A stretch of DNA of 59,399 nt from Sphingomonas sp. (lineage in GTDB: Bacteria > Pseudomonadota > Alphaproteobacteria > Sphingomonadales > Sphingomonadaceae). The position numbers were made by a program, and so were the translations under genes. Under the pieces are notes generated by a model. That model was not told where the DNA came from. It ran no database searches and was given only the letters and a program-made list of their open reading frames with translations. Positions within the stretch are counted from its first letter, which is position 1. Every line of letters starts with the position of its first letter. This document shows positions 22,053-32,038 of this stretch, piece after piece. The DNA lies in contig JBFWUJ010000003.1 in NCBI GenBank assembly GCA_050247295.1, positions 1 to 59,399 of the forward strand, given 5' to 3'.

Positions 22053-23794
22053 ACCAAGGCCGCATCGGCCTGCATCGGCTCGGCGAAATGGAAGCCCTGC
22101 CCATAGGTGCATCCGAGCGCCTTCAGCGCCTCCGCCAGTTCGCCGCTCTCGATCCCTTCCGCCGTCGTCTCCATGCCGAGCGCCTCGGCAAGCGACAGGA
22201 TGGCGCCGACAATCGCCTTGCTGTCCTGATCGGCGAGCATGCCGGTGACGAACCGCTGATCGATCTTCAGCACGTCGATCGGCAGATTCTGCAGCGAGGC
22301 GAGCGACGTGAACCCGCTGCCGAAATCGTCCATCGCGATGCGGACGTCGAAGCGCTTCAGCGCCTTCAGCGCCTGGGCCACCCGCTCCGGTTCCTGAATG
22401 ATCGCGCTTTCGGTGAGCTCGAGCGTCAGCCGGTCGCCTTCGATTCCGGCGCTCGTCAACGCCGCCGATACCGCCGCGGCAATGTCGTCGCGAGCGATCT
22501 GGATCGGCGACAGATTGACACTGATGTTGAGGGGCAGCCGGATGCCGACCTCTCGATCCCAGTCGCCCAGGGTGCGCGTCGCGCTTTCCAGCGCCCATCG
22601 GCCGAGCTGGACGATAAGCCCGGATTCTTCGGCCACCGGGATGAACTCGACCGGCGGGATCGTTTCGCCGTCATGTTCCCAACGCGCCAGCGCCTCGAAG
22701 CCGGCGACACGGCCGGTCGAAAGCTCGACCAGCGGATGATAAGCGAGAGTCAACGCCTCCGCCTCGATCGCGCAGCGAAGCTCCGTCTCCATGCTGAACC
22801 GGCGCCGGGCGACCTGCGCCTCGATCGGCTCATAAACCTGGGTGGTTCCCGTCTGCTTGGCGCGCTTCAGAGCGAACTGGGCGTTGCGCAGCACCTCATC
22901 GGCCGACATCACGCTTTGGGACAGCATCGCGCAGCCGATCGCGCAGTCGACCCTGATCTCGAGGTCGGAAAGCCGGAACGGCAGCGTCAGCACCGCCTTG
23001 ATCCGCTCCGCCGCCCGCAGCGCGTCGGAAAGACCGCGGTCGAGACGCATCAGGATGCCGAATTCATCCCCGGAGGTGCGGGCGAGCATGTCCGTGGGAC
23101 GGAGCGCCGAGATCAGCCGGCGCGCGAACGTGATCAGCAACTCGTCCCCTGCCAGAGCGCCCATCGATTCATTGACGCGGCTGAAGCGGGTCATGTCGAC
23201 CGCGAGCACCGCATAGCCGGTATCGCGAAAGTGCGGATCGGCGAGCACCGAATCCACCTTCTCGTTGAATGCGAAGCGGTTCGGCAGCCCGGTGAGGGTG
23301 TCACGCAGCATTTCCGAGCGCAGGCTCTTCTCCGTCTCGACCTGTGCCGTCTTGTCGATCAGCGACAGGAGGAAGCGCCGCGGCTGTCCCGGCATCACCT
23401 TGAGGCGGGAAAAGCGGACCGTGAAATGGCGGCCGGAAATCGTCCGCCCGTCGGGCGTATCGAACTGGTGCGCCAGTTCATCGCCGCGCAGGAAGGCGGC
23501 GAGCCGGATGGCGATCGGCCCTGCCTTCAGCATCGGCACATGCACGAGCTGCCGTTCGCCGAGCCTTTCGTCCCATTCGGCGATCAGCCGGAAATGGTCG
23601 TTGGCGCATTCGATATAGGAGCCGTTCCTGTCGTCGATCGTGATGATCGCCGCGGCAATCGGCAGCGCGTCGAGATAGGTCTGGCGAGCCCCTTCGAGGA
23701 TTGCATCGATCTCGGGCGCAAAGCCGAAGCCCGCCTTTTCGGCGGTTCTGGATTTGGACGCCTTGTCGCGTTTCGCGCGCGTGCGGGACTGCAT
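22028..23794 (-). CDS. GGDEF(SGDEF)-EAL c-di-GMP protein with N-terminal PAS-like region
   Basis: DTLTGLPNR, RPTD...SGDEF, FEALARW, DDFGSG, LKID, AEGIE, QGF. Confidence 0.92.
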   Translation of the reverse strand: MQSRTRAKRDKASKSRTAEKAGFGFAPEIDAILEGARQTYLDALPIAAAIITIDDRNGSYIECANDHFRLIAEWDERLGERQLVHVPMLKAGPIAIRLAAFLRGDELAHQFDTPDGRTISGRHFTVRFSRLKVMPGQPRRFLLSLIDKTAQVETEKSLRSEMLRDTLTGLPNRFAFNEKVDSVLADPHFRDTGYAVLAVDMTRFSRVNESMGALAGDELLITFARRLISALRPTDMLARTSGDEFGILMRLDRGLSDALRAAERIKAVLTLPFRLSDLEIRVDCAIGCAMLSQSVMSADEVLRNAQFALKRAKQTGTTQVYEPIEAQVARRRFSMETELRCAIEAEALTLAYHPLVELSTGRVAGFEALARWEHDGETIPPVEFIPVAEESGLIVQLGRWALESATRTLGDWDREVGIRLPLNISVNLSPIQIARDDIAAAVSAALTSAGIEGDRLTLELTESAIIQEPERVAQALKALKRFDVRIAMDDFGSGFTSLASLQNLPIDVLKIDQRFVTGMLADQDSKAIVGAILSLAEALGMETTAEGIESGELAEALKALGCTYGQGFHFAEPMQADAALVYWRERNA

Positions 23795-23876
23795 GCGGAT
23801 CGGTTAAACGAACAGGGTTAACGAGGCGTTGAGAACTGGGCCGCGGCATTCGCCCGGAAATCGAAGGAAAGACGGC

Positions 23877-26123
23877 CTAAAACCGGTTGTCGCGCGGGAA
23901 GCCCTGCGGCGGCATCCGGCCCGCCGCGCCGCGAGCGGTGCGCCACGGATTCATGTCCGTCTCGGTGCGGGTGCGGCCGGCATCGCCGCCCATCGCCCAG
24001 GACAATCCCTCGGCGAAGGGGAAGCTGGTCGCATCGGAGAGGCCACCGTCGCGATAGCGTTGCAGCTGAACGCCCTGCCCCCGCCCCATCTCCGGCAGTT
24101 CAGCCAGCGGATAGACGACGAGCTTGCGATTCTCGCCCACGACGGCCGCATAATCGTCCGGCGCGCCGATCGGCCGCACCACCTTGAGCCGGGCGCCGGG
24201 GCGGAGGTTCATGATCTGCTTGCCCTTGCGGGTCTCGGCGACCGCGCCGGCCGCCGGTGTCACGAAGCCGCGCCCGTCGGACGATGCGAGCAGCAGCTTC
24301 TCCGCCCGGCTCGCCGGGAACAGGGCGACGACATTGCCCTCGCCTTCGATGTCGATCATCGCCTTGACCGGCTCGCCAAAGCCGCGACCGCCGGGCAGCC
24401 TGTCCGCCGCCAGCGTGTAGAAGCGGCCGCCGGTCGAGGCGAGCAGGAGCTTGTCGGTGGTCAAGGCGTGGAAGAGGAAGGCAAGGCCATCGCCCTCCTT
24501 GAACTTCAGCGCCTCCGGGTTGCCGAGCTCGACATGGCCCTTCATCGCCCGGATCCAGCCGCGCTGCGAGAGGATCACGGTGATCGGCTCACGCTCGATC
24601 ATCGCCTCCAGCGGGATTTCGCGGGCCGGCGCCGCCTCCTCGATGCCGGTGCGGCGGGCGCCGATCTCGGTCCATTCTCCGTAACGCGACTTGAGCGCCG
24701 TGAGGTCGCGTTTCAGGCGGGACCTTTGCAGCTTCTCCGAGCCGACCAGTTTTTCGAGATCGCGCCGTTCAGCCTGCAGATCGGCCTGCTCCTTCCTGAG
24801 CTGCATCTCCTCCAGCTTGCGCAACTGGCGCAGCCGCATGTTGAGAATTGCCTCGGCCTGGCGGTCGGTGAGGCCGAATTCGGCGATCATCACCGGTTTC
24901 GGCTCGTCCTCGGTGCGGATGATTTCGATCACCCGATCGAGGTTGAGGAAGGCGAGGATATAGCCTTCGACCAGCTCCAGACGCTCGGCGATCCACGCCA
25001 GCCGATGTTCAGCGCGCCGGACCAGCACGGTAATCTGGAACTTGAGCCATTGCCGGAGCACCGCCTTCAATCCGAGCACCCGCGGCACCCGGTCGGCGTC
25101 CAGCACGTTGAGGTTGAGCGGCACCCGCGCCTCGAGATCGGTGAGGCGGAACAGGCTGTCCATCAGCACGTCCGGATCGACGGTACGGCTGCGCGGCTCG
25201 ATGACGATCCGCATTTCCTCGGCCGATTCGTCGCGGACGTCGGCGAGGATCGGCAGCTTCCTGTCGCTGATCAGAGCGGCGATTTGCTCGATCAATTTTC
25301 CCTTGGCGACCTGATAGGGAATCTCGGTGACGACGATCGTCCAGGTTCCTTGCGGCCCCTTCTCGATGCTCCAGCGCGCCCGCACCCGGAACGCCCCTTT
25401 GCCGCTCTCATAGGCGGCGCGGATCAGTTCGGGCGGATCGACGACGACGCCGCCGGTCGGGAAATCCGGCCCCTTCACGCATTCCAGCAGCTGCTCGGTC
25501 GAAACCGGCGCCGTCCGCTCCTTCTCGTCGATCAGCAGGAAGGCGGCGTCGATCAGCTCGGAAACATTGTGCGGCGGGATGCTGGTCGCCATGCCGACCG
25601 CGATGCCGCTGGCACCGTTGGCGAGCAGATTGGGGAACAGGCCCGGAAAGACCTCCGGCTCGTCTTCCTCATTGTTGTAAGTGGGGCGGAAATCGACCGT
25701 GCCCTCATCCAGGCCGGCCATCAGCTCGCCCGCCGCCGCAGTCAGCCGCGCCTCGGTGTAGCGCATCGCCGCCGCGTTATCGCCATCCACATTGCCGAAA
25801 TTGCCCTGACCGTCGACCAGCGGGTAGCGAAGCGAGAAATCCTGGGCGAGCCGGACCATCGCGTCGTAGACCGACTGATCGCCATGCGGGTGATATTTGC
25901 CGATCACGTCACCGACCACGCGGGCGCATTTCTTGTAGGCGGAGGCAGGTTCGAGTTTGAGCAGCCGCATCGCCCAGAGCAGGCGGCGGTGGACCGGCTT
26001 CAGCCCGTCGCGCAGGTCCGGCAGCGAGCGCGCCGTAATCGTCGACAGGGCGTAGACCAGATAACGCTGGGAAAGCGCATCGTCGAAAGGATGATCGACG
26101 ACCGCGTCGAATTCGTCACTCAT
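23877..26123 (-). CDS. parC: DNA topoisomerase IV subunit A
   Basis: [36 protein letters not shown]; 748 aa with no GyrA box seen. Confidence 0.95.
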   Translation of the reverse strand: MSDEFDAVVDHPFDDALSQRYLVYALSTITARSLPDLRDGLKPVHRRLLWAMRLLKLEPASAYKKCARVVGDVIGKYHPHGDQSVYDAMVRLAQDFSLRYPLVDGQGNFGNVDGDNAAAMRYTEARLTAAAGELMAGLDEGTVDFRPTYNNEEDEPEVFPGLFPNLLANGASGIAVGMATSIPPHNVSELIDAAFLLIDEKERTAPVSTEQLLECVKGPDFPTGGVVVDPPELIRAAYESGKGAFRVRARWSIEKGPQGTWTIVVTEIPYQVAKGKLIEQIAALISDRKLPILADVRDESAEEMRIVIEPRSRTVDPDVLMDSLFRLTDLEARVPLNLNVLDADRVPRVLGLKAVLRQWLKFQITVLVRRAEHRLAWIAERLELVEGYILAFLNLDRVIEIIRTEDEPKPVMIAEFGLTDRQAEAILNMRLRQLRKLEEMQLRKEQADLQAERRDLEKLVGSEKLQRSRLKRDLTALKSRYGEWTEIGARRTGIEEAAPAREIPLEAMIEREPITVILSQRGWIRAMKGHVELGNPEALKFKEGDGLAFLFHALTTDKLLLASTGGRFYTLAADRLPGGRGFGEPVKAMIDIEGEGNVVALFPASRAEKLLLASSDGRGFVTPAAGAVAETRKGKQIMNLRPGARLKVVRPIGAPDDYAAVVGENRKLVVYPLAELPEMGRGQGVQLQRYRDGGLSDATSFPFAEGLSWAMGGDAGRTRTETDMNPWRTARGAAGRMPPQGFPRDNRF

Positions 26124-26189
26124 GCCGGCGCGTTAGCAGCGTCGATTCAGCGAGGCGAGGGGGATCAGCGGCAAAGGCATCGCCGCCCA

Positions 26190-27101
26190 TCAATCCGGCT
26201 CGGCCAGTGCCTCCAGATCGCGCTTTACCTCCGCCAGCAGCCAGTCGCGAAAGCGCTTGATCTTGGGCACCAGCCGGCGGTGCTCCGGATAGACCAGCCA
26301 ATAGCCCCAGCCGCGCGTCGACAGCTGGGCGAACGGGCGGACGAGCCGGCCCTCGGCGAGATCGTGGCGCCAGAAGAGAGGCGTGAGCATCGCCATCCCC
26401 TGCCCCGCCATCGCCGCATGACCCTCGTTGGCCTGATAGCCGAGCCGGACGCCGCGGCGCGGCAGCTTGTCCGACGCCGCCACGCCGGCGTCCCTGAGCC
26501 AGACCTCCCACCAGGGATCGTCGTCGCCAATGCGGGGAAGATCGAGCAGATCGGCCGGTGTCATCGCTTCGCCGCCGTTGCGGGCGAAGAAATCGGGGCT
26601 GCACATCGGCGTGAAATTGATTCGGAACAGCAATTCGGCGGCGAGCCCCGGCCAGTCGCCATGGCCGGTACGGATGCCGACATCGACTTCGCTCGCGGCA
26701 AAATCGGCCAGCCCGTCGTCGGCCAGCGCCCGGACCGCCATTTCCGGATTGGCCATCTGAAACACGCCAAGCCGCCAGGCCAGCCAGGTGTTGGCGAAGG
26801 TATAGGATGTGGTGATCGTCAGCGTCGCCTCATCCTCCGCCCGGAGCGAGGCGAAGGCACCGTCCAGGACATCGAAGGCCCGGCCAACGTCAACCGCCAG
26901 CCGGCGGCCGGGATCCGTCAGCAGCACGCGCCTTTTCTCGCGCCGGAACAACGGGCTGCCGACCCGTTCCTCCAATAATCTGACCTGATAACTGACTGCC
27001 GCCTGGGTCATGCCCAGCTCAGCGGCCGCCTTTGTGAAATTTTCGTGTCGTGCAGCGGCCTCGAAAACCCGGACGGCTGCGAGCGGCGGCAGATGGCGCA
27101 T
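26190..27101 (-). CDS. LysR family regulator, GcvA-like
   Basis: LPPLAAVRVFEAAARHENFTKAAAELGMTQAAVSYQVR HTH plus LysR substrate-binding domain. Confidence 0.93.
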   Translation of the reverse strand: MRHLPPLAAVRVFEAAARHENFTKAAAELGMTQAAVSYQVRLLEERVGSPLFRREKRRVLLTDPGRRLAVDVGRAFDVLDGAFASLRAEDEATLTITTSYTFANTWLAWRLGVFQMANPEMAVRALADDGLADFAASEVDVGIRTGHGDWPGLAAELLFRINFTPMCSPDFFARNGGEAMTPADLLDLPRIGDDDPWWEVWLRDAGVAASDKLPRRGVRLGYQANEGHAAMAGQGMAMLTPLFWRHDLAEGRLVRPFAQLSTRGWGYWLVYPEHRRLVPKIKRFRDWLLAEVKRDLEALAEPD

Positions 27102-27110
27102 GGCTCATAC

Positions 27111-27125
27111 ATAAGCCCTGCTTAT
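27111..27125. promoter_or_regulatory. LysR T-N11-A recognition box (ATAAG-N5-CTTAT)
   Basis: Perfect 5-bp inverted repeat with T27112...A27124, 10 nt upstream of the LysR start. Confidence 0.75.
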
Positions 27126-27218
27126 TACCTTTGTCGAGACTTTCGTTGGCGGGATCGGCTTCGAGAGCGCAGATATCCGGCATCGAAGAGAGATCGAAGG
27201 AACCGAAAGGAGTCCGCC

Positions 27219-27413
27219 ATGCGTGACGAAATGTTCTGCCGCGACTGGGTCGAAAATCATGATGCCTTCTCCCGCGATCTGGATCGCGCCTTCGCCGCGT
27301 TGCGCGTGCGGCTTGGACACGTCCTCGCCTGGGACGGCAGCGTCGCCCATCTCGCCGCCCTGGTGCTCTCGGCGGCGATCACCGCCCTCACCTTCAACGC
27401 CACCACCGTCTGA
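27219..27413 (+). CDS. small protein (64 aa) with C-terminal hydrophobic helix
   Basis: AAAGGAG RBS; MRDEMFCRDWVENHDAFSRDL...HLAALVLSAAITALTFNATTV. Confidence 0.75.
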   Translation: MRDEMFCRDWVENHDAFSRDLDRAFAALRVRLGHVLAWDGSVAHLAALVLSAAITALTFNATTV

Positions 27414-27435
27414 GACGGCGCGCAGGAGACAAGCC

Positions 27436-27582
27436 ATGACCACCCACAGCCTCACATCCCCGCTGGCGCGTCTTTGGGACAAGGTGCTCCAGCCACTTTG
27501 CGTGCTGAGCCGCGTTCAGTTCAGCGCCCCTTGGCGCCAGGACGCGAAGCGCTGCCAGACATCGCCGCGGCGACCTGACTGA
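27436..27582 (+). CDS. small protein (48 aa)
   Basis: AGGAG RBS; MTTHSLTSPLARLWDKVLQPLCVLSRVQFSAPW... Confidence 0.6.
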   Translation: MTTHSLTSPLARLWDKVLQPLCVLSRVQFSAPWRQDAKRCQTSPRRPD

Positions 27583-27657
27583 CGGTCACGACGTCGGCGC
27601 GACACGCTGCGGCACGACGGATCAGGCCGCCAATTGCCCTCCTTGCCCGGCCAGTGC

Positions 27658-28575
27658 ATGAGCGGCAGCGTGATCGGTCTTCTCAAGCCCATTGCGCTGC
27701 CGCTCCTATTGGGCCTAGCCGCCTGTGCCATGAGCGGCGATGCAAACCCCGCCAATGCGCAGACCGGCCGGCTGATGGCCTGGCCCGACCTGCTGGAACG
27801 GCCGCGTCCCGCCCCGACCGCCACCGTCGCCTACGGGAGCGACCCGTTGCAGGTCGTGGACATCTGGCTGCCGGAAGGCCGCGGACCGCACCGGACGGTG
27901 CTGATGGTCCATGGCGGCTGCTGGCGAACCGAGATCGCCGACCGGACGATTATGAACTGGATCGCCGAGGATCTCAGGCGGCGGGGCATCGCGGTCTGGA
28001 ACATCGATTATCGCGGCGTCGATCGCGGCGGCGGCTATCCCGGCACGTTTCAGGACGCGGCCGCAGCGGCCGACGCGCTGCGCGCCCACGCCGCGCGCTT
28101 CAATCTCGACCTTTCCCGGATCGTCGCCACGGGACATAGCGCCGGCGGCCATCTCGCGCTCTGGCTCGCCGGCCGGCCGCGCCTGCCGCAGGCATCGCCG
28201 CTGCGCACCGCCGATCCGTTGCCGATCCACGCGGTCGTCAGCCTCGGCGGCCTGCCCGACCTCGAGGAGGCAGCGCGGCCGCCGGGCAGCGGCTGCGGCA
28301 CCGAGGTGATCGCGCAGATCAGCGGCGGCCATTTCGCCGAAACCTCGGTTCCCCGCCTTGCCCCGCTCGGCGTCCCGCAGGTGCTGATCAACGGCAATCA
28401 GGACCGGATCATCCCCACCGCTTACGCGGAAGGCTATGCCCGGCCGATGCGCGCCGCCGGCGACGAGGTCCGGGTGCGGATGATCGATGCGACCGGCCAT
28501 GTCGAGCTGATCGCGCCGGAGACCGCCGCCTGGGCCGCCGCCGTGGACGCGTTCGAGCGGGCCTTCCGGCAATGA
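27658..28575 (+). CDS. alpha/beta hydrolase (HGG, GHSAG), candidate kynurenine formamidase, with lipobox
   Basis: VHGGCW, GHSAGGHLA, catalytic D and H near the C-terminus; LGLAAC lipobox; ATGA-coupled to kynU. Confidence 0.85.
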   Translation: MSGSVIGLLKPIALPLLLGLAACAMSGDANPANAQTGRLMAWPDLLERPRPAPTATVAYGSDPLQVVDIWLPEGRGPHRTVLMVHGGCWRTEIADRTIMNWIAEDLRRRGIAVWNIDYRGVDRGGGYPGTFQDAAAAADALRAHAARFNLDLSRIVATGHSAGGHLALWLAGRPRLPQASPLRTADPLPIHAVVSLGGLPDLEEAARPPGSGCGTEVIAQISGGHFAETSVPRLAPLGVPQVLINGNQDRIIPTAYAEGYARPMRAAGDEVRVRMIDATGHVELIAPETAAWAAAVDAFERAFRQ

Positions 28576-29795
28576 CCTTCACGCTTGCCGAATCGCGCGC
28601 CGCCGATGCCGCCGATCCGTTGCGACCGCTGCGCAGCCGGTTTCATTTGCCCGACGGTGTCATCTATCTCGACGGCAACTCGCTCGGCCCGCTTCCCCTG
28701 AATGTCGCTGCGCGCCAGCGTTCGGTGATCGAAGCGGAATGGGGCGACGGGCTCATCCGCAGCTGGAACGACGCCGGATGGATCGATGCGCCGCGACGGG
28801 TGGGAGCAAAGATCGCGCCGCTGATCGGCGCCAGTCCGCACGAGGTGATCGTCGCCGATTCCACGTCGGTGAACCTGTTCAAGCTGCTTGCCGCCGTGGC
28901 GCCATCGTCGGATCGCCGGACGCTGCTTTCGGAGAGCGGCAATTTTCACACCGACCTGCATATCGCGAGCGGCGCGGCGGACCTGCTGGGCCTGACGCTC
29001 GACATCGCGCCGCGAGCCGAGATCGAGGCGCGGATCGGCGCCGATACCAACCTGCTGCTGCTCACCCACGTCCATTACAAGACCGCCGAACGGTTCGACA
29101 TGGCGCGGATCACCGCCAGGGCGAAGGCGGCCGGGGCGATGACGGTCTGGGATCTTTCGCACAGCGCCGGCGCCGTGCCCCTGCACCTCAACGAAGCAGG
29201 GGCGGAGCTCGCGATCGGCTGCGGCTACAAATATCTGAACGGCGGCCCGGGCGCACCGGCCTTCCTTTATGTCGCGGAGCATCTGCAGGATCGGCTGATG
29301 TCGCCGCTGCGCGGCTGGATGGGTCATGCCGAGCCGTTCGCCTTCACCGACGACTACCGGCCCGCGCCGGGCATCGATCGCTTCCTCGCCGGCACCCCGC
29401 CGATCCTCGGCCTTGCTGCGCTTGAGGCGGCGCTCGACGCATTCGACGGCGTGACGATGGAGCGCCTCTGGTCGAAATCGCGGGCGATGTTCGACGTCTT
29501 CGCCGGCCTCATGGAAGCGCGCTGCCCGGAATTTCGCTGCATCACGCCGCGCGGGGAGGAACAGCGCGGCAGCCACATCTCGTTCGCCCATCCGAACGCC
29601 TTCGAAATCTGCCAGTCGCTGATCGCGGAAGGCGTGATCGGCGATTTCCGGGCACCGGATGTCCTCCGCTTCGGCCTGACGCCACTCTATCTCGGATTCG
29701 AGGAGATATGGCGCGCCGTGGACCTGCTGGCCGGAATCATGGCCGGCGAACGCTGGCGCGATCCGGCCTTCGCGGTGCGCGGCAAGGTCACCTGA
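28572..29795 (+). CDS. kynU: kynureninase
   Basis: IYLDGNSLG, WDLSHSAGA, GCGYKYLNGGPG (PLP lysine), RGSHIS, GDFRAPD. Confidence 0.95.
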   Translation: MTFTLAESRAADAADPLRPLRSRFHLPDGVIYLDGNSLGPLPLNVAARQRSVIEAEWGDGLIRSWNDAGWIDAPRRVGAKIAPLIGASPHEVIVADSTSVNLFKLLAAVAPSSDRRTLLSESGNFHTDLHIASGAADLLGLTLDIAPRAEIEARIGADTNLLLLTHVHYKTAERFDMARITARAKAAGAMTVWDLSHSAGAVPLHLNEAGAELAIGCGYKYLNGGPGAPAFLYVAEHLQDRLMSPLRGWMGHAEPFAFTDDYRPAPGIDRFLAGTPPILGLAALEAALDAFDGVTMERLWSKSRAMFDVFAGLMEARCPEFRCITPRGEEQRGSHISFAHPNAFEICQSLIAEGVIGDFRAPDVLRFGLTPLYLGFEEIWRAVDLLAGIMAGERWRDPAFAVRGKVT

Positions 29796-30141
29796 ACCGC
29801 GACGGGAGGCGGAGCAGCGCCGCCACGGCCAACACCGCGAGCACGGCGCCGGTATCGGCGATCCAGTCCAGCCATTGGGCGTCGCGATTGAGGGCCGGGA
29901 TGAGCTGCAGGAATTCGATCAGCGCGCCGAACGCCGACAGCGCCAGGGCCAGCCGCAGCCGTGACACCCCGGGATAGGCGGCGAGCGCCAATGCCGTGAG
30001 GGTCAGGAAGGCGAGGATATGCTGGACCTTGTCGGACGGTGCGCCGGGCATTTGGGGCGGATGCGGCAGCAGCGCCATCACCAGTGCGAAAGCGAGCGCT
30101 GCCCAGAAGACGAAGTGGAATGCAGAAGGCCGACGGATCAC
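29788..30141 (-). CDS. VanZ-like membrane protein
   Basis: SDKVQHILAF, IEFLQL..NRDA...DWIAD motifs. Start uncertain. Confidence 0.8.
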   Translation of the reverse strand: MIRRPSAFHFVFWAALAFALVMALLPHPPQMPGAPSDKVQHILAFLTLTALALAAYPGVSRLRLALALSAFGALIEFLQLIPALNRDAQWLDWIADTGAVLAVLAVAALLRLPSRFR

Positions 30142-30252
30142 GGCAGCCGCCTGCCGGGTTGCCGCCGGCAAGGCAAGCACGCCGTTTGCGCTGCCATCGG
30201 CGCTCCCTTATAGGACCGGCTCTTTCGCTTTGCCGCCGGAGGCCCACCGTCC

Positions 30253-31032
30253 ATGTCCCGCCGCCGACTCGTCTATGAAGGCAAGGCCAAGATCCTTTAC
30301 GAAGGCCCCGAGCCCGGCACCCTGATCCAATATTTCAAGGACGACGCGACGGCTTTCAACGCCCAGAAGAAGGGCTCGATCGCCGGCAAGGGCGTGCTCA
30401 ACAACCGCATTTCCGAGCATATCTACACCCTGCTCGGCCATCTCGGCATCCCGACCCATTTCATCCGCCGGCTCAACATGCGCGAGCAGCTGATCCGCCA
30501 GGTGGAGATCATTCCGATCGAGGTGGTGGTGCGCAACGTCGCCGCGGGCACCTTGTCGACCCGGCTCGGGATCGAGGAAGGCACCCAGCTGCCGCGCACG
30601 ATCATCGAATATTATTACAAGGACGATGCGCTCGGCGATCCGATGATCGGCGACGAGCATATCGCCGCCTTCGGCTGGGCGACCCAGGAAGAAATGACCG
30701 AGATCGCCGATTACGCGATCCGGGTGAACGACTTCCTCAGCGGCCTGTTCGCGGCGATCGGCATCCGCCTGGTCGATTTCAAGCTGGAGTTCGGCCGGTT
30801 GTGGGAGAATGATTTTTCCCGCGTCATGCTGGCCGACGAGATCAGCCCCGATGGCTGCCGGCTGTGGGACATGGAAACCAACGAGAAGCTCGACAAGGAC
30901 CGCTTCCGCCGTGATCTCGGCGGCGAGGCGGAGGCCTATCAGGAGGTCGCGCGCCGCCTCGGCCTGCTGAAGGGGGACGACGCCAATATGGTGCTCGACA
31001 TGGAGCAGCATCGCGCGAAACGGGGCAAGTGA
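30253..31032 (+). CDS. purC: SAICAR synthetase
   Basis: [38 protein letters not shown]. Confidence 0.97.
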   Translation: MSRRRLVYEGKAKILYEGPEPGTLIQYFKDDATAFNAQKKGSIAGKGVLNNRISEHIYTLLGHLGIPTHFIRRLNMREQLIRQVEIIPIEVVVRNVAAGTLSTRLGIEEGTQLPRTIIEYYYKDDALGDPMIGDEHIAAFGWATQEEMTEIADYAIRVNDFLSGLFAAIGIRLVDFKLEFGRLWENDFSRVMLADEISPDGCRLWDMETNEKLDKDRFRRDLGGEAEAYQEVARRLGLLKGDDANMVLDMEQHRAKRGK

Positions 31033-31052
31033 CGGGCGGCGGAGCGTAGGGC

Positions 31053-31973
31053 GTGCCGCACGATCATTCGCATCACGGCCACGGCGGCCATCATCACCAC
31101 GAGCCGCCAGCCGATTTCTCCTTCGCCTTCGCGGTCGGGATCGCGCTCAATCTCGGCTTCGTCGCGATCGAGACGGCCTATGGATTCTGGGCCAATTCGA
31201 TGGCCCTGCTCGCCGATGCCGGGCACAATCTCTCCGACGTGCTCGGCCTGGTCGTGGCATGGGTCGGCGCGGCACTGGCCAAGCGGCCCGCCTCGCGCCG
31301 GTTCAGCTACGGCTTTCGCGCCGCGACGATCCTCGCGGCGCTGGCGAACGCGATCATCCTGATCGTCGCCGTCGCCTTCATCGCCTATCACGCGGTGGTC
31401 CGGCTGCTTATTCCCGACGTGGTCGAGGCCGGGACGGTGATGATCGTCGCCGCGATCGGCATCCTGATCAACGGCGTCACCGCGCTGATGTTCGCCCGCG
31501 GCCGCAAGGCCGATCTCAACGTGCGCGGCGCCTATCTTCACATGATCGCCGACGCGCTGGTGTCCGCCGGAGTCGTCGTCGCGGGCCTGCTTATCCTGTG
31601 GACCGGCTGGGTCTGGGTCGATCCGGTGGCCAGCCTGATCGTCGCCGCAATCATCCTCGTCGCCTCGGTCGACATGCTCCGCGAATCGGTGACCATGGCG
31701 CTGGCCGGCGTCCCGCGCTCGATCGATCCCGATGCGGTCGAGGCGCACCTCGCGGCGCTGCCCGGGGTCGAGCGGATTCACGATCTGCATATCTGGCCGA
31801 TGAGCACCACCGAATATGCCTTGACCGCGCATCTGGTCATGCCCGGCGGCTTTCCGGGCGACGCATTCCTCGCCAATTGCGCGGGCGGCATCGCGCACGA
31901 TTTCGGAATCGGCCATTCGACGTTCCAGATCGAGACCGGCGATGATTGTGCCCAGGCCGGCCACGCCCATTGA
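31053..31973 (+). CDS. cation diffusion facilitator (CzcD/ZitB-like)
   Basis: His-rich N-terminus, LLADAGHNLSD, AYLHMIAD, IHDLHIW, HSTFQIE. Confidence 0.92.
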   Translation: MPHDHSHHGHGGHHHHEPPADFSFAFAVGIALNLGFVAIETAYGFWANSMALLADAGHNLSDVLGLVVAWVGAALAKRPASRRFSYGFRAATILAALANAIILIVAVAFIAYHAVVRLLIPDVVEAGTVMIVAAIGILINGVTALMFARGRKADLNVRGAYLHMIADALVSAGVVVAGLLILWTGWVWVDPVASLIVAAIILVASVDMLRESVTMALAGVPRSIDPDAVEAHLAALPGVERIHDLHIWPMSTTEYALTAHLVMPGGFPGDAFLANCAGGIAHDFGIGHSTFQIETGDDCAQAGHAH

Positions 31974-31982
31974 CGCCGGCAC

Positions 31983-32017
31983 GGAAAAGGCCCCGCCGTC
32001 GCCGGCGAGGCCTTTCC
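31983..32017. terminator. probable bidirectional terminator
   Basis: GGAAAAGGCC-CCGCCG...CGGCG-AGGCCTTTCC imperfect hairpin between convergent genes. Confidence 0.6.
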
Positions 32018-32038
32018 ACGAGGTAGGCTGAAATCCGT

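Noticed and set aside
23804-23821. Full CtrA box TTAA-N7-TTAA
   Set aside because: The spacing is 10 nt, so only half-sites can be claimed.
23829-26978. 1049-aa plus-strand ORF
   Set aside because: It is the antisense shadow of parC and the LysR gene; stop-poor frames are expected at high GC, and it has no recognisable motifs.
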